Source: Basidiobolus meristosporus CBS 931.73 (Eukaryota > Fungi > Basidiobolomycota). From it: DNA of 63,948 nt. The stretch spans positions 1 to 63,948 of the forward strand of contig MCFE01000515.1 of assembly GCA_002104905.1 (NCBI GenBank). The letters run 5' to 3'. A model generated the notes under the pieces. It had not been told where the DNA came from and did no database searches. It was given only the letters and a program-made list of their open reading frames with translations. Positions 53,155 to 63,948 of this stretch are shown here, in pieces (within the stretch, counting starts at the first letter, position 1; each line of letters starts with the position of its first letter). The position numbers were made by a program, and so were the translations under genes.

Positions 53155-56100
53155 CAAGCTGTCACTCTCTGCAATGTCTACTACTGCTATTACTGGAATT
53201 TTTCCCTCTGCTCAAAAGTTGGATGGCTCTAACTACCAAGTGTGGAAGGTGAAGATGAAGATGCTGCTACAAGAAAGAGGCCTTTGGGATATTGTCATGG
53301 GAGAAGAATGCCCTCCTAAAAGCGTGGGAGAGGAAGCCTTAAAGTACCAGAAGAAAGAACAAAGTGCCTTTAACTGCATTTGCCTTAATGTCAAGGACAA
53401 ATTGCTAATTCAATGCTCAAGAGCAAAAATGGCAAAGAATGCCTGGAAAGCATTGGAAGACACTTACCAGTCATGTTCAGCTGCCGAGAAAATGTATCTG
53501 AGACAAAAATTCTTTACTACAAAGATGCTGCCAGGAGAAGAAATGAAAAATCTAATTAACCAAATTACCCTGCTGGTAGATGAGATGGAATCTGTGGGTG
53601 TACCAACTACTAATGAGGATGTGATAGTTACCATCCTGAATAGCCTGACATACAAGTTTCAAGGCCTTGTATCAGCCCTGGAGTCCAGAACTGAAGACTT
53701 GACCTTAAATTACGTATATGGAAGGCTCCTGGATGAAGAATTAAGAAAATCAAGCACCAATAAGAAGGAAGAAGAAAATGCTTTAATAAGCAATGATAAC
53801 CAACAAATGAGGTACCCAAGACCCTACAAAGGCAACAGCAACCTATTTTGCAACTACTGCAAAAGGAAAGGACACACATCAGACCGGTGTCTCAAAAAGA
53901 GAGATTATCAGCAAAAGATGCCTGAAAATGGAAATGCTGCAACAACTGAAGATAGACTATTCATATCTGCACTAAATATGACCACAAACATGGATTCTCA
54001 GATGTGGTATATTGACTCTGGAGCTTCTCAACACTTTACACACCAAAAAGAACTTTTTACCCAATATCAAGAAATTCCAATTAAGAAGGTTTTCATGGAT
54101 GACAATAGAACACTTGATGCAGTGGGAGAAGGAACTATCCAAGTAGACCTTAGAAGCAGTGAAGGAAGCCATACACCAACCTTTGAAGAAGTACTCTATG
54201 TACCAAAAATAGCCAAGAACCTACTCTCTGTAAGCAAGGCCACACCAGAAGGACTCATTTCAGTTTTGACAATTCTGGATGCAGGATCACTGATCAAAAT
54301 GGTGCCCATATTGCTATGGGCATCAGAGATCAGAATCTATACAAGTTGACTGATATTCCATCAGTTTTGGAAGCCAATATAAGTAACTTAAATGAAGAAA
54401 CACCAATGCTTTGGCACAGGAGATTTGGACACATCAATTTTGATTATTTGCGCAAAATGATCAAAGATCAGCTAATTTCTGGAGTAAAAATTGATCCTCG
54501 AGCTAATTTGGAGCACTGTGAAGCCTGCATATATGGGAAACAAGCCAGAAAACTGTTCAAGAGCTCTGGGTTGATCAAAACTAAGAAAAAATTAGATCTA
54601 ATTCACTCAGATCTGTGTGGACCTATGCAAAATTTATCCTTAGGTGGGATGAAGTATTTAATCACCTTTATTGATGATTATACAAGATACACATGGGTCT
54701 ACTTCATGGAGAGAAAGGAAGAAGCTCTGTCTAAGCTCAGGGAGTTTAAAGCCATGGCGGAGAGAGAAACTGGTGAAAAAATCAAGAAAATACGCTCTGA
54801 CAATGGTGTAGAATATACCTCAAAACTCTTCATCCACTTCTGCAAAATTCATAGGATAAAGCAAGAGACTAGTGTACCATACTCCCCACAGCAAAATGGA
54901 GTAGCAGAATGAGCTAACAGATCAATAATTGATATGGCAAGATCTATGATCCATGATCAAAAATTATACCAAGATTTTTAGGCAGAATCAGTTGCCACTG
55001 CTGTATACCTTAAAAATAGGAGTTATAACAGAATACTTTGTGATTCTACTCCATTTGAAGCATGGTATGGATACAGACCAAGTGCAGAACATCTAAGAAT
55101 ATTTGGGTGTACAGCATATGCCAAAAAACTGGTTGGATATCAGTCAAAATTTGAGCCAAAAAGTGTAAAATGCATATTTTTGGGCTACTGCAATGAGAGT
55201 GAGGCATACTGACTCTACAATACCAATGCAAGGAAGCTGATCAAGTCCAGGGATGTGTTGTTTGATGAAAATTCAAATTTTCACAAAAAATGACATCAGA
55301 TGATGATAAAAATTTGATCTCAAGTCCACCAATTGTCAGGATTGAATCAGAGCAAAACAATGGAAGTTTTTTCACTCCAGAGGACTCTACAACCATGGTT
55401 CAGCCAGAATCAGTGCCCAGGAATATCCCAGAAGTGATCATTCCAGTATCAAATGCCCAGAGATCCAATTGGACAAGAAATAGCCCAAATTACTATATCA
55501 ACAAAGGTACAAACTTAGCCTATGCCTATTCAGTCCATGTTGATAAGCCCCAGACTCTAAAGGAGGCCCTAAATAGCCCTCAGACAAAGTTTTAGAGATC
55601 TGCAATGGCTGAGGAATATCAGGCACTGATGGAAAACCAAACTTGGGACTTAGTCAAATTACCAGTCAACCAAAAATCAATTGGATGCAGATGGGTCTTT
55701 AAGACAAAATACAAGGCTGATGGTACAATTGAAAGATACAAAGCAAGACTTGTAGCCAAAGGATACTCTCAAACAAAAGGACTTGACTATACTGAGGCCT
55801 TTGCACTGGTAGCCAAGTTTAATTCCATCAGATTAATATTGGCTATTGCAGCCAAATATAAGTTTTTTATTCATCAAATGGATGTAAAACTGCATTTTTG
55901 AATGGAGAACTTGATGAGGACGTGTATATGGACCAGCCTGATGGGTTTGTTGACCAAGATAACCCCCATTTGGTCTGCAAGCTTAAAAAGTCACTATATG
56001 GTCTCAAACAATCACCAAGAGCCTGGAATTGCAAGATAGATTCTTATTTGGAATCTTTGAGTTTCAAAAGAAGTAATGCTGTCTATAGTATATACTATAA

Positions 56101-57116
56101 GCCAGATAGAGCAAATCCAGTTATATTAGCTCTATATGTGGATGATCTTATTTTAGCCGCCAATAACTTAGAAACATTGGAAAAGACTAAATTCAGACTA
56201 TCTAAGGAGTTCAAGATGTCCAATCTAGGAGAACTTAGTTACTACTTAGGGATTAAGTTCTCCATAGACTGAAATACCCAGACTATCACCCTAAGTCAAT
56301 CCAAGTACATTCAAGATATACTAAAGACGTACAAAATGGAAGACTGTAAACCAGCAGCTACCCCAATGGAGACAAACCTTAACTTGGTCAAAACTCAACC
56401 AAATCAAGAGAGCTTGGTGTCATCTGAAAGCCCTGACTTTCCTTGTCAATCTATGGTTGACAGTCTGATGTATAACATGCTTGGAACACGTCCAGATATT
56501 GCATATTTAGTGGGAGTTGTCAGCCAACATAATCAGAACTATGGATCTGATCATATTGCAGCAGTTAAGCAGATTTTTAGATACCTAAAAGGAACTGCTG
56601 ATATCTGCTTAAGATACACTTATAAGGACTCAGAACAAGATCTTGTGGGATACTCTGATGCAGATTGGGGACAAATTTAGAAGACAGAAGATCCACCACA
56701 GGATACACCTTTCTTTACTGTAAAGGAGCAATTTCATGGAATTCAAGAAAGCAACCAACCGTAGCACTTTCCACCACAGAGGTAGAGTATATGGCAGTCT
56801 GTGAAGCTACAAAAGAAGCAATGTGGCTAAGAAAGCCTTTTACAGATTTAGGCCTATGTCAAAAAATGCCTATTACTTTATTTCAAGATAATCAAGGATG
56901 TATACAATTAGGTAGAAATCCAACTTTTCATGCTAGAACTAAGCACAGAGATATTAGACATCATTTCATATGTGAGGCTACAGAGGATAACTTAGTTAGT
57001 TTAGTTTACTGTCCTACAGATGAAATGATTGCAGACATATTTACCAAACCATTAGCTAGAGACAAGTTTGAATATCTTAGGTCAAAATTAGGACTAGTCA
57101 GTATGAACATATAACT

Positions 57117-57125
57117 GAGTGGGAG
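57117..57125 (+). other. Polypurine tract of element 1
   Basis: GAGTGGGAG lies immediately before the 3' LTR and just after the RNase H stop. Confidence 0.75.
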
Positions 57126-57646
57126 TGTTGTAAAAATTTGTATTTCCACCTAAATATTCACCTAACTTAGTCACTTAGATCATTACCCTCAAATCATAGA
57201 GAATACTGACCAAATTCCTTGTTGGGATCTATTTAGAATATTTTCACCAAAATACCTGGTACCCAGAACATGAAAATTCTCAAAGTTGTCCAAACAGCTC
57301 CAAACTTTGCACACATGTTCTTGGGACCTTCCTTAACCTATTCTACGTGTTTATAATGCCAGGACCAGGTAAAAGTATAAATACCACTTTTACATTTCAT
57401 AAGTCATTAAGTGAAAACCACATAATCTACTTGTTCTCCTAATCACTTCCAATATCTCCAAGACTCTTACAACAGATGGAACACATAATGCAGTTGGAGA
57501 GGGAACTATCCAAGTAAATCCTGGAATTAATGAAGGAAGACACACACTGGCCTTTAGAGAAGTACTCTATATACCAGAAATAGCCTAGAACATACTCTCA
57601 GTAGGCAAGGTCACAGCAGAAGGACTCATTTCAGTATTGCCAATTC

Positions 57647-57991
57647 TATTGTAAAATCCCAAATTCCACCAAAATATGCGCCTAACTTAGTCACTTAGTT
57701 GATTATATACAAATCTTAGAGAATACTGACCAAATTCCATGCTGGGTCTTACCTGGAATACTTTACCAAGACATATGGTATCCAGAACATGAAATTTAAA
57801 TAAGTTGACCAAACAGACCCAAACTTTGCACACATAATTATGGGACCTTCTTGAGCATATCTCACATGGTTGTTGTACCATGACCACAAAAATGTATGAA
57901 TACTACTTTTCATGCAGTAAATCATCAAGTGAAAGCCACATAGGCTACTTGTTCTTGCAATCAAATCTAACATCCCCAGACTTTTATAACA
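57647..57991 (+). mobile_element. Old solo LTR of the same family inserted in the host element
   Basis: TATTGTAAAA...TTTTATAACA is collinear with the other LTRs. Flanks AATTC/CATTC are an imperfect TSD, and the host sequence resumes in register. Confidence 0.8.
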
Positions 57992-58684
57992 CATTCTGGA
58001 TATAGAATCACTGATCAAAATGGTGCACATATTACTTTGTGTATTAGATACTAGAATCTATACAAGCTAACTTATGTTCCATCATTTCTAGAAGCCAATT
58101 TAAGTAACTTAAATGAGAAAACACCAATGTCTTAGCACAGGAGTTTATACACATCAAATCTGACCATATATGCAAAATGATCAAAGGTCAGCTAATTTCC
58201 AGAGTAAAAGCTGTTCCTCCAGCATATTTGGAACACTGTGAAGCCTGCATATATGAGAAACAAGCCAGACTGCTGCTGTGGAGCTCTGGGGCTCACCAAA
58301 ACTAAGAAAAGTTAGATCAAATTCACTTAGATATGTGTGAATGTATAAAAATTTATCCTAAAGTGGAATGAAAGATTTAATCACTGTTAATGCTGATTAT
58401 ACAAGGTGAATGTGAATCTACCTCATGAAAAGAAAGGAAAAAGCTCTGCCTAAGTTCAGGAAGCTTAAAGCTATGGTGAAGTGACAACTGGCAAGAAAAA
58501 TCAAGAAAACACACTCCAATACCCTATGAGAAGTAATTTGGTTCCAGAGGTGGATCCAATCCAGATCAGCTGTTAAGATCCCATTTAGAGACCGTCATAA
58601 TAACAGCAGCTTAAAATTAGTGACCCTCCTAACAATCTTATGACAAGATCATGATGGTGTTTTGCTAATTTTACAGCCAAATGA

Positions 58685-61600
58685 TGTTGTAAGAGTCTTG
58701 AAGATATTGGAAGTGATTGGGAGAACAAGTAGATTATGTGGTTTTCATTTAATGATTTATTGAATGTAAAAGTAGTATTTATACTTTTACCTGGTCTTGG
58801 CATTACAAACACGTAGAATAGGTTAAGGAAGGTCCCAAGAACATGTGTGCACAGTTTGAAGCTGTTTGGACAACTTTGAGAATTTTCATGTTCTGGGTAC
58901 CAGGTATTTTGGTGAAAATATTCTAAATAGATCCCAACAAGGAATTTGGTCAGTATTCTCTATGATTTGAGGGTAATGATCTAAGTGACTAAGTTAGGTG
59001 AATATTTAGGTGGAAATACAAATTTTTACAACACTCCCACTCAGTTATATGTTCATACTGACTAGTCCTAATTTTGACCTAAGATATTCAAACTTGTCTC
59101 TAGCTAATGGTTTGGTAAATATGTCTGCAATCATTTCATCTGTAGGACAGTAAACTAAGCTAACTAAGTTATCCTCTGTAGCCTCACATATGAAATGATG
59201 TCTAATATCTCTGTGCTTAGTTCTAGCATGAAAAGTTGGATTTCTACCTAATTGTATACATCCTTGATTATCTTGAAATAAAGTAATAGGCATTTTTTGA
59301 CATAGGCCTAAATCTGTACACAGCTTTCTTAACCACATTGCTTCTTTTGTAGCTTCACAGGCTGCCATATACTCTGCCTCTGTGGTGGAAAGTGCTACGG
59401 TTGGTTGCTTTCTTGAATTCAATGAAATTGCTCCTTTACAGTAAAGAAAGGTGTATCCTGTGGTGGATCTTCTGTCTTCTAAATTTGTCCCCAATCTGCA
59501 TCAGAGTATCCCAGAAGATCTTGTTCTGAGTCCTTATAAGTGTATCTTAAGCAGATATCAGCAGTTCCTTTTAGGTATCTAAAAATCTGCTTAACTGCTG
59601 CAATATGATCAGATCCATAGTTCTGATTATGTTGGCTGACAACTCCCACTAAATATGCAATATCTGGACGTGTTCCAAGCATGATATACATCAGACTGCC
59701 AACCATAGATTGATAAGGAAAGTCAGGGCTTTCAGATGGCACCAGGCTCTCTTGATTTGGTTGAGTTTTGACCAAGTTAAGGTTTGTCTCCATTGGGGTA
59801 GCTGCCAGTTTACAGTCTTCCATTTTGTACTTCTTTAGTATATCTTGAATATACTTGGATTGACTTAGGGTGATAGTCTGGGTACTTCTGTCTATGGAGA
59901 ACTTAATCCATAAGTAGTAACTAAGTTCTCCTAGATCGGACATCTTGAACTCCTTAGATAGGCTGGATTTAGCCTCTTCCAATGTTGCTAGGCTATTGGT
60001 GGCTATAATAAGATCATCCACATATAGAGCTAATAGAACTGGACTTGCTCTATCTGGCTTATAGTATATACTATAGACAGCATTACTTCTTTTGAAACTC
60101 AAAGATTCCAAATAAGAATCTATCTTGCAATTCCAGGCTCTTGGTGATTGTTTGAGACCATATAGTGACTTTTTAAGCTTGCAGACCAAATGGGGGTTAT
60201 CTTGGTCAACAAACCCATCAGGCTGGTCCATATACACGTCCTCATCAAGTTCTCCATTCAAAAATGCAGTTTTTACATCCATTTGATGAATAAAAAACTT
60301 ATATTTGGCTGCAATAGCCAATATTAATCTGATGGAATTAAACTTGGCTACCAGTGCAAAGGCCTCAGTATAGTCAAGTCCTTTTGTTTGAGAGTATCCT
60401 TTGGCTACAAGTCTTGCTTTGTATCTTTCAATTGTACCATCAGCCTTGTATTTTGTCTTGAAGACCCATCTGCATCCAATTGATTTTTGGTTGATTGGTC
60501 ATTTTACTAAGTCCCAAGTTTGATTTTCCATCGGTGCCTGATATTCCTCAGTCATTGCAGATCTCCAAAAACTTGTCTGAGGGCTATTTAAGGCCTCTTT
60601 TACAATCTGGTGTTCATCAATATGGACTGAATAGGCATAGGCTAAGTTTGTACCCCAATGATATAGTAATTTGGGCTATTTCTTGTCCAATTGGATCTCT
60701 GGGCATTTGATACTGGAATGATCACTTCTGGGATACTCCTGGGCACTGATTCTGGCTGAACCACGGTTGTAGAGTCCTCTGGAGTGAAAAAATTTCATTG
60801 TTTTGCTCTGATTCAATCCTGACAATTGGTGGACTTGAGATCAAATTTTTGTCATTGTCTGATGTCATTCTTTGTGAAAATTTTGAATTTTCATCTAACA
60901 ACACATCCCTGGACTTGATCAGCTTCTTTGCATTGGTATTGTAGAGTCCGTATGCCTTACTCTCATTGCAGTAGCCCAAAAATATGCATTTTACACTTTT
61001 TGGCTCAAATTTTGACTGATATCCAGCCAGTTTTTTGGCATATGCCGTACACCCAAATATTCTTAGATGTTCTGCACTTGGTCTGTATCCATACCATGCT
61101 TCAAATGGAGTAGAATCACAAAGTATTCTGTTATAACTCCTACTTTTAAGGTATACAGCAGTGGCAACTGATTCTGCCCAAAAATCTTGGTATAATTTTT
61201 GATCATGGATCATAGATCTTGCCATATCAATTATTGATCTGTTAGCTTGTTCTGCTACTCCATTTTGCTGTGGGGAGTATGGTACACTAGTCTCTTGCTT
61301 TATCCTATGAATTTTGCAGAAGTGGATGAAGAGTTTTGAGGTATATTCTACACCATTGTCAGAGCGTATTTTCTTGATTTTTTCACCAGTTTCTCTCTCC
61401 GCCATGGCTTTAAACTCCCTGAGCTTAGACAGAGCTTCTTCCTTTCTCTCCATGAAGAAGACCCATGTGTATCTTGTATAATCATCAATAAAGGTGATTA
61501 AATACTTCATCCCACCTAAGGATAAATTTTGCATAGGTCCACACAGATCTTAGTGAATTAGATCTAATTTTCTCTTTGTTTTGATTAACCCAGAGCTCTT

Positions 61601-63366
61601 GAACGATTGTCTGGCTTGTTTCCCATATATGTAGGCTTCACAGTGCTCCAAATTAGCTGGGGGATCAATTTTCACGCCAGAAATTAGCTGATCTTTGATC
61701 ATTTTGCGCAAATAATCAAAATTGATGTGTCCAAATCTCCTGTGCCAAAGCATTGGTGTTTCTTCATTTAAGTTACTTATATTGGCTTCCAAAACTGATG
61801 GAATATCAGTCAGCTTGTATAGATTCTGATCTCTGATGCCCATAGCAATATGGGCACCATTTTGATCAGTGATCCTGCATCCAGAATTGTCAAAACTGAG
61901 ACTGAGTCCTTCTGCTGTGGCCTTGCTTACAGAGCGTAGGTTCTTGGCTATTTCTGGTACATAGAGTACTTCTTTAAAGGTTGGTGTATGGCTCTCTTCA
62001 TTGCTTCTAAGGTCTACTTGGATAGTTCCTTCTCCCACTGCATCAAGTGTTCTATTGTCACCCATGAAAACCTTCTTAATTCAATTTTCTTGATATTGGG
62101 TAAAAAGTTCTTTTTGGTGTGTAAAGTGTCAAGAAGCTCCAGAGTCAATATACCACGTCTGAGCATCCATGTTTGTGGTCATATTTAGTGCAGATATGAA
62201 TAGTCTATCTTCAGTTGTTGCAGCATTTCCATATTCAGGCTTCTTTTGCTGATAATCTCTCTTTTTGAGACACCGGTCTGATGTGTGTCCTTTCCTTTCG
62301 CAGTAGTTGCAAAATAGGTTGCTGTTGCCTTTGTAGGGTCTTGGGTACCTCCTTTGTTGGTTATCATTGCTTATTAAAGCATTTTCTTCTTCCTTCTTAT
62401 TGGTGCTTGATTTTCTTAATTCTTCATCCAGGAGCCTTCCATATACGCAATTTAAGGTCAAGTCTTCAGTTCTGGACTCTTGGGCTGATACAAGGCCCTG
62501 AAACTTGTCTGTCAGGCTATTCAGGATGGTAACTATCACATCCTCATCAGTAGTGGGTATGCCCATAGATTCCATCTCATCTACCAGCAGGGTAATTTGG
62601 TTAATTAGATTTTTCATTTCTTTTCCTGGCAGCATCTTTGTAGTAAAGAATTTTTGTCTCAGATACATTTTCTTGGCAGCTGAACATGACTGGTAGGTGT
62701 CTTCCAATGCTTTCCAGGCATTCTTTGCCATTTTTGCTCTTGAGCATTGAACTAGCAATTTGTCCTTGACATTAAGGCAAATGCGGTCTAAGGCACTTTG
62801 TTCTTTCTTCTGGTACTTTAAGGCTTCCTCTTCCACGTTTTTGGGAGGGCATTCTTCTCTCATGACAATATCCCAAAGGCCTCTTTCTTGTAGCAGCATC
62901 TTCATCTTCACCTTCCACACTTGGTAATTAGATCCATCCAACTTTTCAGCAGAGGGAAAAATTCCAGTAATAGCAGTAGTAGACATTGCAGAGAGTGACA
63001 GCTTGGGGCTCATAACCTGTTGTAAGAGTCCTGGAGATATTGGAAGTGATTGGGAGAACAAGTAGATTATGTGGTTTTCACTTAATGATTTATTGAATGT
63101 AAAAGTAGTATTTATACTTTTACCTGGTCTTGGCATTACAAACACGTAGAATAGGTTAAGGAAGGTCTCAAGAGCATGTGTGCAAAGTTTAGGGCTGTTT
63201 GGACAACTTTGAGAATTTTCATGTTCTGGGTACCAGGTATTTTGGTGAAAATATTCTAGGTAAATCCCAACAAGGAATTTGGTCAGTATTCTCTAGGATT
63301 TGAGGGTAATGATCTAAGTGACTAAGTTAGGTGAATATTTAGGTGGAAATACAAATTTTTACAACA
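58685..63366 (-). mobile_element. Full-length but defective Ty1/Copia LTR retrotransposon (element 2), inverted relative to element 1
   Basis: 349-bp LTRs at 58685-59033 and 63018-63366, PBS 63006-63017, and PPT next to 59034. Gag-PR-IN-RT-RH are split by frameshifts. Flanks AATGA/AATAA (4 of 5 match). Confidence 0.97.
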
Positions 63367-63948
63367 AATAAAGGGATAAAACTTGACAATATTTGAATGG
63401 TATTGTTGCGGTCTTTCAGCACTCTATAACTATTTTGCATGGATCCAGTTGGCCAGGGCATCAATTGCTTTATATGGCAAGAAACTTGATGATATTTTGA
63501 TGGCCTCACAGCAAGACCCTGATGGCATTATATTGGCAGTATGACAGCCTACCACTGGTTCTGTATAATGCTAACATACCAATTTACCAAACGGTATTTC
63601 CTTTTTCTACCTCCCCTTGTGCAACTCATATGTTCCACTGTAGAATCACCTTTCTTTATTTGCTTACCCACTACTACCTTGGGTATTCCACATATAGTTC
63701 AACCCAAAAAAAAACTATGGCCTCTAGCTTTTTAACCTCTACAAATACGCACACCTGCCACAATTGACATACTTCCATCACCTCAACTTTATGGCTTTTT
63801 AGTGTGATATTTGCAAAGTATCCATCTACCTTGTACTGCTGGTAACATATACATCTTGCTAACATATGCTTGGTTGTTGCCACTTCTGCCATGAATACCT
63901 CCTGAATATCCGCAAAGAACTTCTTGGTATTTAGCCAATATACTCCTT

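Larger units (their letters stand above)
52811..57474 (+). mobile_element. Full-length but defective Ty1/Copia LTR retrotransposon (element 1)
   Basis: LTRs 52811-53142 and 57126-57474, with 5-bp TSD GATGG on both sides. Gag CCHC (CNYCKRKGHTSDRC), protease WYIDSGAS, integrase (IHSDLCGP, IRSDNGVEY, PQQNGVAE), RT ([16 protein letters not shown]) and RNase H (ADIFTKPL) are in Copia order. Several stops and frameshifts. Confidence 0.97.
51390..58520 (+). mobile_element. Old degenerate Ty1/Copia host element, interrupted by younger insertions of the same family
   Basis: Eroded LTR ending ...CTCACAACA at 51638, then PBS-like GGTTATAAGCCCC. Decayed gag at 51652-51812 and 52145-52810. Decayed protease/integrase at 57480-57646 and 57997 to about 58520. 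Confidence 0.75.

Noticed and set aside
56660-56680. Possible programmed frameshift between RT and RNase H
   Set aside because: No slippery heptamer, and Copia pol is normally continuous here. A shared deletion is the simpler explanation.
63367-63948. Possible degenerate transposase or integrase on the minus strand at the right edge
   Set aside because: AT-rich with stops; I could not recognise any diagnostic motif, so it is left unassigned.

Overview
Eukaryotic, almost certainly fungal, genomic DNA with short GT-AG introns. An early-diverging lineage (Zoopagomycota/Mucoromycota-like) is my inference, not demonstrated. Bases 1-51 kb are gene-dense. The left end (1-8.6 kb) is an intron-poor accessory block: a Gly-rich protein, a decayed LTN1 N-terminal fragment, a secreted trypsin-like protease, a GH32 enzyme, an NmrA-like reductase and a bacterial-type MurQ etherase carrying a spliceosomal intron. 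Next come an XRCC4-like gene visible only after joining exons, ARL3/ARFRP1, a UCH deubiquitinase, and two near-identical 1-Cys peroxiredoxins flanking a PAS-PAS gene. These are followed by MAM3/CNNM, INO80, a HAD phosphatase, PHS1, SYP1, RRN7, a TPR + metallo-beta-lactamase fusion, PRP11, a formin, a SET methyltransferase, a STIMATE/YPL162C-like membrane protein, a C2H2 factor and an aldo-keto reductase. Bases 51.2-63.4 kb are a nest of one Ty1/Copia family: two full-length defective elements tail-to-tail, solo LTRs and an older host copy, with target-site duplications, a half-tRNA-type PBS and signs of CpG deamination. Gene ends were assembled by eye from splice signals. Family calls rest on motifs I recognise, not on database searches. 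There is no evidence for CRISPR, rRNA or tRNA genes.
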